From Candidatus Eiseniibacteriota bacterium (lineage in GTDB: Bacteria; Eisenbacteria; RBG-16-71-46), in the NCBI GenBank assembly GCA_963707915.1, contig OY970178.1, positions 3,200,001 through 3,264,000 of the forward strand: a stretch of 64,000 nucleotides of DNA, in the 5' to 3' direction. The number at the start of each line of letters is the position of its first letter. Within the stretch, counting starts at the first letter, position 1. This document shows, piece after piece, positions 1 through 10,967 of this stretch. The position numbers were made by a program, and so were the translations under genes. Below the pieces are notes generated by a model. The model was not told the DNA's origin. It searched no databases and was given only the letters and a program-made list of their open reading frames with translations.

Positions 1-510
<510 letters not shown>

Positions 511-582
511 GCCCGCGGTGACCCCGGCCGGTTCCCCGGGTACGCGCCGGTCCCCCGCGTTCCGCGGCTGCGGGCGGCGCGC

Positions 583-1497
583 GTGACGGACGAGGCCGGG
601 CGCGTCCCGGCGACGCGCTGGATCCTGGCGTACGGCGCCGTGTGCCTGTTCTGGGGCGGCACCTACCTCGGCATCAAGTTCGCGATCGAGTCCATCCCGC
701 CGCTGCTGATGGCGGGTCTGCGCTACCTCGTCGCCGGGACGCTGCTCCTCGGCTGGTCGTGGCCGCGCGACCGCGAGCGCCTCACCGCCCGCCACTGGGG
801 GGCGGCCGCCGTGGTGGGCGGGCTGATGCTGTTCGGCGGCAACGGCGGCGTCAGCTGGGCCGAACAGCGCGTGCCCTCGGGGGCCACCTCCCTGTTCATC
901 GCCCTGGTGCCGCTGTTCATGGTCCTGATGGATGCGCTCCGTCCCGGCGGCAGGCTCCCGGGGCGCCGCGTGTTCGCCGGGATCGGGCTCGGGCTCGCCG
1001 GGCTGGCGCTGCTCGTCAGCCCCGAGCAACTGGCGGGGGCCGGCCGCATCGACACGCTCGGCGCGCTGGTCCTGGTGGGTGCGACCCTGAGCTGGGCGGG
1101 CGGCTCGATCTACTCGCGGCACGCGGCGCTGCCGTCCTCCCCGCTGCTGGCGACCGCGCTGCAGATGCTGGCCGGCGGCGCCATCCTCCTGACCGTGGGG
1201 CTGGCGTGCGGAGAGGGGGCGCGCTTCCGGATCGAGGCGGTGACCCTGCGCTCGTGGCTGGCGATGGGCTACCTCGTCGTCTTCGGCTCGATCGTCGCGT
1301 TCACGGCGTACGTCTGGCTGCTGCGCGTGAGCGCCCCGGCCAAGGTCGCGAGCTACGCCTACGTGAACCCGGTGGTCGCGGTGGCGCTGGGCTGGGCGCT
1401 GGGAGGCGAGGCGCTCACGCCGCGAACGATCGCAGCCAGCCTGGTCATCGTGACCGCCGTGGCGCTCCTCACCAGCGCCCGGGCCGCCCGGCGCTGA
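583..1497 (+). CDS. EamA/DMT-family transporter (YedA-like)
   Basis: About 10 hydrophobic segments; WGGTYLGIK, PPLLMAGLR, GSIVAFTAYVWLL, SYAYVNPVVAVALG. Confidence 0.92.
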   Translation: MTDEAGRVPATRWILAYGAVCLFWGGTYLGIKFAIESIPPLLMAGLRYLVAGTLLLGWSWPRDRERLTARHWGAAAVVGGLMLFGGNGGVSWAEQRVPSGATSLFIALVPLFMVLMDALRPGGRLPGRRVFAGIGLGLAGLALLVSPEQLAGAGRIDTLGALVLVGATLSWAGGSIYSRHAALPSSPLLATALQMLAGGAILLTVGLACGEGARFRIEAVTLRSWLAMGYLVVFGSIVAFTAYVWLLRVSAPAKVASYAYVNPVVAVALGWALGGEALTPRTIAASLVIVTAVALLTSARAARR

Positions 1498-1602
1498 CCG
1501 GGCGCGACCGGGTCCGCCGGCGGGACACCGGGCCCGGCGCCCTCCGGCGGGACGCGGGGACCGGGCCGTCCCGGCCCCGCCTCGTCGGCGCCTGAAGGGC
1601 CG

Positions 1603-1611
1603 TGCTACCCT
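1603..1611 (+). promoter_or_regulatory. Extended -10 promoter (TG-C-TACCCT)
   Basis: tgctaccct at 1603-1611, followed 6 nt later by ATG 1618. Confidence 0.45.
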
Positions 1612-1617
1612 GCGCGC

Positions 1618-1653
1618 ATGGTCCCGACCGCGATGAGAGGGCGACCGGCGTGA
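1618..1653 (+). CDS. Putative leaderless uORF MVPTAMRGRPA, coupled to the TPR lipoprotein by a GTGA overlap
   Basis: ATG at the expected +1; its TGA (1651-1653) overlaps GTG 1650-1652. Confidence 0.3.
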   Translation: MVPTAMRGRPA

Positions 1654-3464
1654 GGCTCCGCCGCCTGGTCCCGCTGCTGGCGCTGGCTTGGCTCGCCAGC
1701 TCCTGCGCCTACTACAACACCTTCTACCTGGCGCGGAGGTACTACTTCAAGGGTACGGCGGGGCTGCCCTACCTGGTGGACAAGCGCGACCAGTCGGGCG
1801 CGCAGAACTTCACCAAGGCGATCGACTTCTCGAAGAAGGTGATGGCGAACTACGCCAAGTCGAAGTGGGTGGACGACGCCTACCTGCTGTGGGCGCGCTC
1901 GCTGCTCGGCCGGGACGATCCGCGCGAGACGGTGAGCATGCTCCAGGACTTCCCCGTCCGCTTCCCCGACAGCAACCTCAAGACCGAGGCGCTGTTCTAC
2001 CTGGGCGTGGGCCTGCGGCAGTCGCGCCGCAACGGCGAGGCCGAGGAGACGCTGGCGCGGTACCTCGAGCAGGTCCCCCGGGGCGACCTCGCGCCCTACG
2101 CGTGGCTCGAGCGCGCGCGCGCGCTCACCGCGCTGGACCGCGATTCGGCCGCGGCGTACTGCGCGAGCCAGGTGCTCGAGCGGTTCCCCCGGAGCCCGCT
2201 GGGGCCGAAGGCGCAGGCCGCACGCGCCCAGGCGCTGCTCGACTCGGGGGACTACACCCGGGCCCGCGCCGACTACCAGGCCCTCGGACGGAACTCGGTG
2301 GACGACGACGAGCGCCTCACCTTCCTGTTCCGCGAAGCCGACTGCCTCGAGGCCTCGCGCGCCCTCGACGAGGAGATGGCCCTGCTCCGGGAGGCGCTGT
2401 CGCACGAGCGGCCGCCCGCCGTGACCGAGAACGCCAGCGGCCCGGTCGCCTACCAGCCCACGCCGGGGGGCGACCGCTACGGGCGCATCCTGATCCGCAT
2501 CGGCACGGTGGACCTGCTGGCGGAGCGGCAGAAGCCGGCGCTCGACGCCTACCAGGAGGTCCGGCGCCTGTACCCGAAGTCGCCGCTCAGCGCCGAGGCG
2601 CAGTACCGCATCGGCTACGCGTTCGAGACCATGGGTGACGACTTCGAGCGGGCGCGCAGCGAGTACGCGCGGGTCAAGGACGAGTTCCCGAACTCGGCCT
2701 TCTCCACCCAGGCCGAGGGCCGGCTGACCAACTTCGACCGCCTGAGCCAGTTCCGCTCGGCCGGCGGCGACACGCTGCAGAAGCGCGCCGAGGCGGGCTT
2801 CCTGCTGGCCGAGCTGTACCTGTTCCAGCTGGGCAAGCCCGAGCGCGCGCTCGAGGAGTACGGGAAGATCGCCACGGAATTCGCGGGCACGCCGTGGGGC
2901 GGCAAGGCGCTGACCGCCCAGGCGTGGGTGCTGAGCCGCAAGCTCCAGCGGCGGGCCGCGGCCGACTCGCTGCTCTGGGTCGTGGTGACCCGGTACCCGG
3001 CCACCGAGTCCCAGCTGGCGGCCCGCGACTACCTCGAACAGGAAGGCATCGTGGTGCCGGACTCGCTCATCAAGATGCCGATCCCGCTGCCGCCCCCCGT
3101 CGCCGACACCTCGCGCCTCACGCCACCCCCGGCGGGGACCGTGCCGCTCGGCCGCTCGCTGGCCGCCGACAGCGCGGCGGCCAGGCCGCGGGGCGAGAGC
3201 CTGCTCGGGCGGGCCGCGCCCCGCCGCGGGTTCATCCGCCGGTCGGCCGAGCTGCGCACGCCCTGGGATGCGCGCTATGCCGGGACCCTGAGCGGGTCAC
3301 CGGGCCTGGCCGGCGACATCCCGTACCGGGGAGGCACGGACGGGACCGCCGCGGACTCCGCGCGCGCGCCCGTCACGGGATCGCCGTCGCCGCCCGCGGT
3401 CGCGCCGCGCGATTCGGCGCGCGGCGCCGCTGCCGACAGCCTCCGCCGCATCCTCGAGCGCTGA
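1650..3464 (+). CDS. Multi-TPR lipoprotein (BamD/CpoB/SprE-like) with a low-complexity Pro/Ala/Asp-Ser C-terminal tail
   Basis: GTG 1650 after gagagg; signal peptide and lipobox (LASSC) followed by AYYNTFY; repeated TPR turns (FPDS, FPRS, YPKSPLSAEAQYRIG, FPNS). Confidence 0.85.
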   Translation: MRLRRLVPLLALAWLASSCAYYNTFYLARRYYFKGTAGLPYLVDKRDQSGAQNFTKAIDFSKKVMANYAKSKWVDDAYLLWARSLLGRDDPRETVSMLQDFPVRFPDSNLKTEALFYLGVGLRQSRRNGEAEETLARYLEQVPRGDLAPYAWLERARALTALDRDSAAAYCASQVLERFPRSPLGPKAQAARAQALLDSGDYTRARADYQALGRNSVDDDERLTFLFREADCLEASRALDEEMALLREALSHERPPAVTENASGPVAYQPTPGGDRYGRILIRIGTVDLLAERQKPALDAYQEVRRLYPKSPLSAEAQYRIGYAFETMGDDFERARSEYARVKDEFPNSAFSTQAEGRLTNFDRLSQFRSAGGDTLQKRAEAGFLLAELYLFQLGKPERALEEYGKIATEFAGTPWGGKALTAQAWVLSRKLQRRAAADSLLWVVVTRYPATESQLAARDYLEQEGIVVPDSLIKMPIPLPPPVADTSRLTPPPAGTVPLGRSLAADSAAARPRGESLLGRAAPRRGFIRRSAELRTPWDARYAGTLSGSPGLAGDIPYRGGTDGTAADSARAPVTGSPSPPAVAPRDSARGAAADSLRRILER

Positions 3465-3592
3465 GCCCGGCGCGTCTGGTCGGCGTGAGGGCCGTGCCGG
3501 GCGGGTGCCACCACGGGAACCGGGCGGGGTGCTGGGGCGCGGCACCGTGGCCCCGGGGCCGCCCCTTTCATAACCCGGCCCGCTGCAATCCC

Positions 3593-3621
3593 TTGACTTC
3601 CCCGGCCCCGTGGCGTAGCCG
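3593..3621 (+). promoter_or_regulatory. Sigma70-type promoter for the ECF sigma operon
   Basis: TTGACT-N17-TAGCCG, ending 8 nt before ATG 3630. Confidence 0.4.
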
Positions 3622-3629
3622 TCTAGGGA

Positions 3630-4226
3630 ATGGACTCGGTTCCCCGGCGTAGTTCGCAATTGGAGCCAGGCCGCGAGGCAAGCCTGGTGCGGGCGGCACA
3701 GGGTGGCGACCCGGCCGCCTTCACGGAGATCGTGCGCCACTTCCAGCGCCCGGTCTACCGCGTGGTGTACGCACTGACCCGCAACGCGAGCGACGCCGAC
3801 GACCTCGCGCAGGAGACTTTCGTGAGGGCCTACCAGGCGATCGGGCGGTTCCGCGCGGGCGAGCCGCTCTACCCATGGCTCTCGCGCATCGCCGTGAACC
3901 TGACCTATTCGCTCTTCCGGCGGCGCAGGCGCAGGCCGGAGACCTCGATCGAGCCGCTGGTGGAATCCGGCCGTCAGTGGGCGGGGGACGACGACCCGTC
4001 CGAGCGCGCCGCCGAGTCCGAGCGGCACGAGCGGCTGGCTGCGGCCTTCGCCGGGCTGTCGCACGAGCACCAGGCCGTGCTCACCCTGCGCGTGGTCGAG
4101 GACATGTCGTACGACGACATCGCCCGCACCCTGGGCGTGCCGGCCGGGACCGTGATGTCGCGCCTGTCGCGCGCGCGCGCCGAGTTGCGCGCGCGGCTCC
4201 GGGCGCTAGGCGGGGAAGGAGCATGA
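3630..4226 (+). CDS. ECF sigma-70 factor (RpoE/SigW-like)
   Basis: LVRAAQGGDPAAF, DADDLAQETFVRAY, WLSRIAVN, MSYDDIARTLGVPAGTVMSRLSRAR. Confidence 0.95.
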   Translation: MDSVPRRSSQLEPGREASLVRAAQGGDPAAFTEIVRHFQRPVYRVVYALTRNASDADDLAQETFVRAYQAIGRFRAGEPLYPWLSRIAVNLTYSLFRRRRRRPETSIEPLVESGRQWAGDDDPSERAAESERHERLAAAFAGLSHEHQAVLTLRVVEDMSYDDIARTLGVPAGTVMSRLSRARAELRARLRALGGEGA

Positions 4227-5614
4227 GCCACCTGACGGACGAACAGTTGAGCGCGCTGGCGGACGGCGTGCTCGAGGGCGGCGCGCGCGCCGCGGCCGAG
4301 CGCCACCTGGAGACCTGTCCGGATTGCCGTCGGGCGCTCGCCGGTCTCGTGGCCCGGGACGGCGCGCTGGCCTCGTCGCTGGCGCACGATCCGGGCGAGG
4401 CGTACTTCGAGTCCTTCGCCGGCCGGGTGGGTGGTCGCATCCGCGCGGCGGGCCTGGCGGGCGCGCAGGCGCGCGAGCCCGGGGTCCGCAGCCTGGCGGA
4501 GTGGTTCCGGGTGCCGCGCAAGCTCGCGCTGATGGGGGCCCTGGCGACCGTGGTGGTGGGGGCGGGCATCGTGATGATCGTCTCGCGCGAGGCGCGTGTC
4601 CCGGTGCTGAGCGAGCAGGAGATCGAGAGCCGCGTGGCGCAGGAGGCGCCGCCGCCTGCGCCATCCGGGAGCCGGCCCCTCGCCCGCGACGCGACGCCGC
4701 CCGCCGCTCTGCGGCCCGCGACCGGGGCGACGGCCCCGCGGTCCGCGGCGCGCATGGAGAAGGGGACCGCCCTTCCGCGGGAGGATACGCGGGCGAAGGC
4801 GAGCGTCGTCCCCGGCGCCGAACCGGCCGCGCCGGCGGCGGCGGATCGCGCGCCGGCGAGCCGCGCCTACGAGGTGCGGCGCAACGCGGCCGGCGACGAC
4901 GTGCCCGTCGGGCCGCCCGGCGGGGTCGTCCGCAGGCCGCCGCAGGCCGTACCTACGCCGCCCGCCATCGCTCCCGGCGAGCCCGTGCGCGTGCGGAGGG
5001 TGCGCGCCGCCGAGCCGCTCGGCGCGGGGCAGCCGGCGGACGCCGGGTCGCCGCAGGTGCCGCCGTCCACCGCCGGCGCGGAGACCCGCGCGCCCACGGC
5101 CGGACCGGGTCCTTTCGCCACGGTCGGCAAGCCGGCGTTCGAAGAGGAATCGAGCCGGGCGGCGGGGCCGGTCATGGGGCCGGTCACGGAGCCGGTCGTC
5201 ACGGCCTCGAAGGAAGCGGCCGCGGCCGGCCGGTTGCTCGGCCTCGCGGACCGGGGCCGCGCACTGCAGGCGCCCGGGACGCCCGATGCGTTCGATGGGC
5301 TGCCGGCGCGGTCGCGCGACGCGGCGAAGCACGCCCGGCGCCTGACGAAGCTGGCGGAGACGATCGGCCTGGCGCCGGCATGGGACTCGGCCGCCGCCGC
5401 GTGGGAGCAACTGGCCGGCGACGTTCAGGGCGGGCCGCTCGAGAGCGAGACGCGCTTCCAGGCCGCGCGGGGCCGTTTCATGGCGTGGCAGCGGTCCGCG
5501 GGCGAGCGGCGCGGCGCGCAGGCCGCACAGGCGTTGCGCGCGTTCCTCGCGGGCGCGCCCGAGGGGGCCGAGCGGGACTCCGCCCAGGCCTGGCTGGCGA
5601 GGCTGGGGAAGTAG
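4223..5614 (+). CDS. Zinc-finger (zf-HC2) anti-sigma factor with a TM helix and a long extracytoplasmic low-complexity/helical region
   Basis: ATGA overlap with the sigma gene, SD gaagga; MSHLTDEQLSALADG...HLETCPDC (HxxxCxxC); TM LALMGALATVVVGAGIVMIV. Confidence 0.88.
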   Translation: MSHLTDEQLSALADGVLEGGARAAAERHLETCPDCRRALAGLVARDGALASSLAHDPGEAYFESFAGRVGGRIRAAGLAGAQAREPGVRSLAEWFRVPRKLALMGALATVVVGAGIVMIVSREARVPVLSEQEIESRVAQEAPPPAPSGSRPLARDATPPAALRPATGATAPRSAARMEKGTALPREDTRAKASVVPGAEPAAPAAADRAPASRAYEVRRNAAGDDVPVGPPGGVVRRPPQAVPTPPAIAPGEPVRVRRVRAAEPLGAGQPADAGSPQVPPSTAGAETRAPTAGPGPFATVGKPAFEEESSRAAGPVMGPVTEPVVTASKEAAAAGRLLGLADRGRALQAPGTPDAFDGLPARSRDAAKHARRLTKLAETIGLAPAWDSAAAAWEQLAGDVQGGPLESETRFQAARGRFMAWQRSAGERRGAQAAQALRAFLAGAPEGAERDSAQAWLARLGK

Positions 5615-5632
5615 CGCCCGCGGCCGGAGCGG

Positions 5633-6019
5633 TCAGCCGGCGGACGCCTCGCGCGGCGAGCGCAGGCAGGCGTCGCGCACCGCCTCGCACAGTTCGCCCG
5701 CGTCCACCGGGCGCGGCGCGAAGTAGATCGGGCGCAGCGGCTGGATGAGGCGCCGCACCTCGAGCGAGGCGTGGCTCGCCACGACGACCAGCGGGAAGTC
5801 GGGCGCGAGGCGACGCAGCAAGCGCAGCGTGACCAGGTCGTCGTCGCGTTCCGGGCAGAACGCGAACAGCACGGCCTGGTGCCGTCCGCAGGCGACGGCA
5901 TCCACCAGCGCCTCGGTCGTGGAGGCCGCGCAGACCTCGCAGCCACCGCTCGCGAGCACGCCGGCGAGCGGGGGCTCGCCTCCCTCCCGGGATTCGAAGA
6001 CGATCACGCTGGGCACCAT
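5633..6019 (-). CDS. Stand-alone atypical (pseudo-)receiver domain protein
   Basis: REC fold pattern (VIVFES, L..VL...G.EV..AST, PLVVVAS, YFAPRPVD..EL..AVR); the phospho-Asp position is Ala (VLFAFCP) and the conserved Lys is Arg. Confidence 0.7.
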   Translation of the reverse strand: MVPSVIVFESREGGEPPLAGVLASGGCEVCAASTTEALVDAVACGRHQAVLFAFCPERDDDLVTLRLLRRLAPDFPLVVVASHASLEVRRLIQPLRPIYFAPRPVDAGELCEAVRDACLRSPREASAG

Positions 6020-6032
6020 TCCACCCTGCAAT

Positions 6033-6048
6033 AGCAATCCGGGTGCCT
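6033..6048 (-). promoter_or_regulatory. Sigma-54 (-24/-12) promoter
   Basis: The minus strand reads AGGCACCCGGATTGCT (GG-N10-GC; consensus TGGCAC-N5-TTGCW) just upstream of the pseudo-receiver start. Confidence 0.75.
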
Positions 6049-6155
6049 GAGCGTCGTGCCGCGGGGCCGGGGGGCGGGTCGGCCCGCAAAGCCCCGCGAT
6101 TCCACGCTCTGGCCCATCGAGCGCGCGTGGCGAGGAGGCGGTCCGGGCGGGGCGG

Positions 6156-6191
6156 CTGCCACGCTGTCAGGTCGCCGCCGACAAGTGGCAG
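6156..6191. promoter_or_regulatory. Candidate upstream activator sequence for the adjacent sigma-54 enhancer-binding protein
   Basis: Imperfect inverted repeat CTGCCACGCTGTC(AG)...(C)GACAAGTGGCAG about 110-145 bp upstream of the -24 box. Confidence 0.55.
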
Positions 6192-6266
6192 GCCGGGGCG
6201 GCTGATCGCCGGGCCGAAGTCCGGCCGGCCGGGCGGGCGGGAGGGCCGCCGCCGCCGGGGGGCCGG

Positions 6267-7620
<1,354 letters not shown>

Positions 7621-7628
<8 letters not shown>

Positions 7629-8784
7629 CGTCGCCTCCCGGGCCCTGCACCGGCAGCTCGATGATGAAGCGCGCACCCTCGCCCGGGCGGCTCTCGACCC
7701 GGATGGTGCCGCCGTAGCCGGTCACCGTGCGCTGGGTGATGGACAGGCCGAGGCCGGTGCCCTGGCCGATCGGCTTGGTGGTGAAGAACGGGTCCCAGAT
7801 GCGGTCGAGGTGCTGCGGCTGGATGCCGGGGCCGGTGTCCTCGATCTCGAGCGTCACCATCGAGCCCGCCGGACGGCTGCGCACCGTGAGCATGCCGCCC
7901 TTCTTCATCGCCTGCACCGCGTTCATGCACAGGTTCATGCACATGCCGCGGATGCCCGACTCGCGCGCCCAGACCGGCGGCACCTTCGGGTCGAGGTCCT
8001 GCACCATGGCGATCCCCTGCTTGGCCATCTGGTAATTGAGCAGCGAGAGGGTGTCGCGCACCGCGCGGTTGAGGTCCACCCACGCGGTCGCTGCGCGGTA
8101 GGGATGCGCCAGGAGCAGCAGCTTCTCCGTGGTCTCGGTGCAGCGCTGGGTCTCGCGCTCGATGCCCTGCAGGACGCCGTCCATGTCCTCGCGGTTGCGC
8201 GCCGGGAGTTGCTGCTCGCGCGTGAGCCAGCGGCGCAGCCGTTCGACCCCGGCGAGGATGGCGGCCATCGGGTTGTTCAACTCGTGCGCCACGCCGGCGG
8301 CCAGCGTGCCCAGCGAGGCGAGCCGCTCGCTGTGCGCGAGCTGCGCCTCGAGATCGCTGCGCTCGCTGATGTCGCGCCAGACCTCGACCACGTGGCTCAC
8401 CTCGCCGTCGGACCCGATCACCGGATTGTAGGTGGCCTCCCAGCGCCGCTGGGCGCCGCCCGGGTCCGTCATGTTGCGCACCCGGCGCACCGGGCGCTTC
8501 AGGTCGATGACTTCGCAGGCCGAGCAGCGGCCGGTGCCGGCGTTGGCCGCGGCGTCGGGGCAGTGCAACACGTCCATGCAGTGCGTGCCGATCACGGCGG
8601 CGCGCCCCGGCCCGAACGCGTCCAGGTAGCGGCGGTTGGCGGCCACCACCTTCTGCGAACGGTCCACCACCACCACCGCGTCGCTCAGGGCGTCGATGAG
8701 CTGGGGCAGGATGTTGCGGACCTGCTCGATGTCCATCCGGCCCGGGAAGGAGGCCGGGACGGAAGCGGGCTGCGGAAGCGCCAT
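7621..8784 (-). CDS. Cytoplasmic PAS-domain sensor histidine kinase with a 4-Cys motif
   Basis: SD gaggag before ATG 8784; PAS with C-x5-C-x11-C-x2-C; LAAGVAHELNNP, NLCMNAVQAM, DTGPGI, PFFTTK, GTGLGL; no TM segment. Confidence 0.95.
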
Positions 8785-8854
8785 GGACTCCTCGGAAAGA
8801 AGGACGACTGGCGCGGCCAGCGGGGATGACGGTCGGTCGGGCACGCGGCTGATG

Positions 8855-8863
8855 ACAGTAGCA
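8855..8863 (-). promoter_or_regulatory. Extended -10 promoter for the kinase-regulator operon
   Basis: The minus strand reads TGC-TACTGT. Confidence 0.4.
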
Positions 8864-8920
8864 CAGGTCGGAGGGGCCCGACGAAGCCGGCGGGGCGGGG
8901 GCGGCCGGAGCGGAGCGCGG

Positions 8921-8949
8921 TTGACCTGCCGCCGCGCGGCCCCTAACGT
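8921..8949 (+). promoter_or_regulatory. Sigma70-type promoter
   Basis: TTGACC-N17-TAACGT. Confidence 0.55.
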
Positions 8950-9062
8950 CGCGCCCGCTTTCGACCGTCTGGCAGGTGCTGGAGCGGATCAACCTGGACG
9001 AGCCCGGCTGGCGCGACACCCTCGCGCGGTCCGCTCGTCCCGGATGCGGCGAGGAGGCCGAG

Positions 9063-10781
9063 ATGAGACTGCCCGGAGCGCCGGAACGGCGTCGGGATCG
9101 GATCGCAGTCGCCGTCCTGTCCGCGGCGACCTTCCTGCTCTACTTCTCGCTGCGCGCGCTCGAGCAATCCGGCGACAGTCTCAGCTACGCCTGGTCGGTC
9201 GAGACCGGCCGCGGGCTGTTCCATCCGCATCACCTGGGCTTCTCGCCGGTGGTCCGGGCCATCCACCTCGCCCTCTCGGGGCTCGGGATCTCGTCGGACC
9301 CGCTGTTCGCCGCGCAGCTCCACAACGTCCTGTGGGCTTGCGCGGCGGTCGCCGGGCTCTTCCTGGTGGTGCGCGCCTTCGCGAGATCCTTCGCCCTGGC
9401 GGTGGCGCTCGCGTCGCTGCTCGCGGTCTGCCACGGTTTCTGGCGCTTCTCCACCCAGGCGGAGGTGTATGTGCCGGCGACTGCCTGCCTGACGCTGTAC
9501 ACCGCGCTGGCGCTCCGCCCTGAGGCGGGCCGTCGCTGGCACGCCCGCACGCTCGGCCTTGGCCTGCTGCTCGCGCTTGCCGTGCTGTATCACCAGACCA
9601 GCGTACTCTTCGTCGTGCCGCTCTCGCTGGCCGCGGTCGCGGCCGGGCGCTGGAAGGGGGCGCGCGAAGCGCTCGCGGCGATGGTCCTGGCGGGCGTGCT
9701 GGTCGCGCTCGCCTACGTCGCGGCCTACACCCTGGATGCCGCCGGCCCGCCGACCGCCGCCGGGTTCGTGAGGTTCTGCCTGCTCTACGCCGACCATCCG
9801 AACCCGGGGTGGGGGACGCTGGCGAACCTGAGCCTGGAGGGCGTGGGCCGGTCCCTGAAGTCGCAGCTCGCGAACGTCGTGCCGCTGCCGGTGGGACGTG
9901 CCCGGCCAATCGTCCTGCTGGCCGGGGTCTTCGGCGTCGCGCTCGCGGCGCTGGCCGTCGCCGCCACGCGTGCCGCCCGGCGCGCGCCGCTGCCGCGGAC
10001 CGTTCTCGCGCTGGCCCTCTCCTGGCTCGGCACGTACTACCTCTTCTTCCTCTGGTGGCTCCCGGGGGAGAGCGAGTTCTACGTCACCACGCTGGTCCCG
10101 CTGCTGCTGCTGCTCGCGCTGGTCCTGAGCCGCACCGGTGCCGGGGCCGAACGGCCCGGCGGCTTCCCGGCCGGCCGGATCGTGGCGGTCGCCGTGGTGG
10201 CGCTGCTCGGCGGCAACCTGGCGTGGTCCGTGTGGCCGGCGCATCGCTCGAAGGGGCCGGCCTACGCCACGGCCGCGGACCTGGCTGCGATGCGTCCCGC
10301 GGCGTGCACGGTCATGTCGGGTTACGCGGAGCTCCAGAACCTCCGCTACTACTTCGGGATCGAGCACACCACCGAGACGCTGCTGCCCCTGCTCTGCGCC
10401 TACACCCGGCCGTCGATCCCGGAACGCTACCGCGTACCCGCGGGTGAGTGCGTCGTCGTGCCGCTGGCGTTCCTCCGGCCGGGCTGCGACCAGGGGGGGC
10501 TGAGCGGCCTGAGTCGCCCGGCGGGCTGGTGGCGCTTCATGCGGTGGCTGTTCGCGGTGGAGGACTCGTCGGGGGCCCCGCTCGCCAGGAGCCCGAGCTT
10601 CGCCGCGACCTGCGGGGGAGAACCCTACGTGATGCTCTCCGCTTCGAAGCGGCGCTTCCGCTCGTGGGACGAGTTCTTCGCCGAGCTGGACCGCCTGGGC
10701 GGCCGCGGCGCCCCCGCCGACACGGTCTTCCGCCGCTGGCTGGACGCGAATCGCCGGCAGCTCGCGGACGGCGGCGGGTAG
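9063..10781 (+). CDS. Polytopic membrane protein, GT-C-fold glycosyltransferase-like (DUF2723/PMT-like)
   Basis: SD gaggagg before ATG 9063; about 11 TM helices; GDSLSYA, HPHHL and FWRFSTQAEVY motifs; soluble C-terminal domain. Confidence 0.7.
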   Translation: MRLPGAPERRRDRIAVAVLSAATFLLYFSLRALEQSGDSLSYAWSVETGRGLFHPHHLGFSPVVRAIHLALSGLGISSDPLFAAQLHNVLWACAAVAGLFLVVRAFARSFALAVALASLLAVCHGFWRFSTQAEVYVPATACLTLYTALALRPEAGRRWHARTLGLGLLLALAVLYHQTSVLFVVPLSLAAVAAGRWKGAREALAAMVLAGVLVALAYVAAYTLDAAGPPTAAGFVRFCLLYADHPNPGWGTLANLSLEGVGRSLKSQLANVVPLPVGRARPIVLLAGVFGVALAALAVAATRAARRAPLPRTVLALALSWLGTYYLFFLWWLPGESEFYVTTLVPLLLLLALVLSRTGAGAERPGGFPAGRIVAVAVVALLGGNLAWSVWPAHRSKGPAYATAADLAAMRPAACTVMSGYAELQNLRYYFGIEHTTETLLPLLCAYTRPSIPERYRVPAGECVVVPLAFLRPGCDQGGLSGLSRPAGWWRFMRWLFAVEDSSGAPLARSPSFAATCGGEPYVMLSASKRRFRSWDEFFAELDRLGGRGAPADTVFRRWLDANRRQLADGGG

Positions 10782-10876
10782 CGCGCGGAGCGGGGGACGG
10801 GTCCAGGCGCCCGCCAGGTCGCGGACCGCGGCGCGGCGCTGTCCGCGGTCCGGCGCCGTCGGCCGGGTGCGGCACG

Positions 10877-10905
10877 TTGACCTCCTCCGGGCGAACACCT
10901 AGCCT
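10877..10905 (+). promoter_or_regulatory. Sigma70-type promoter
   Basis: TTGACC-N17-TAGCCT. Confidence 0.6.
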
Positions 10906-10921
10906 GCGCCCTCGTCCGTCA

Positions 10922-10954
10922 CCTTTCGAACCCGATCCTTTCGAACCCGATCCT
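10922..10954 (+). repeat. 15-bp tandem direct repeat in the 5' UTR
   Basis: CCTTTCGAACCCGAT x2 plus CCT. Confidence 0.95.
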
Positions 10955-10967
10955 GAGGGCCTCCTCC

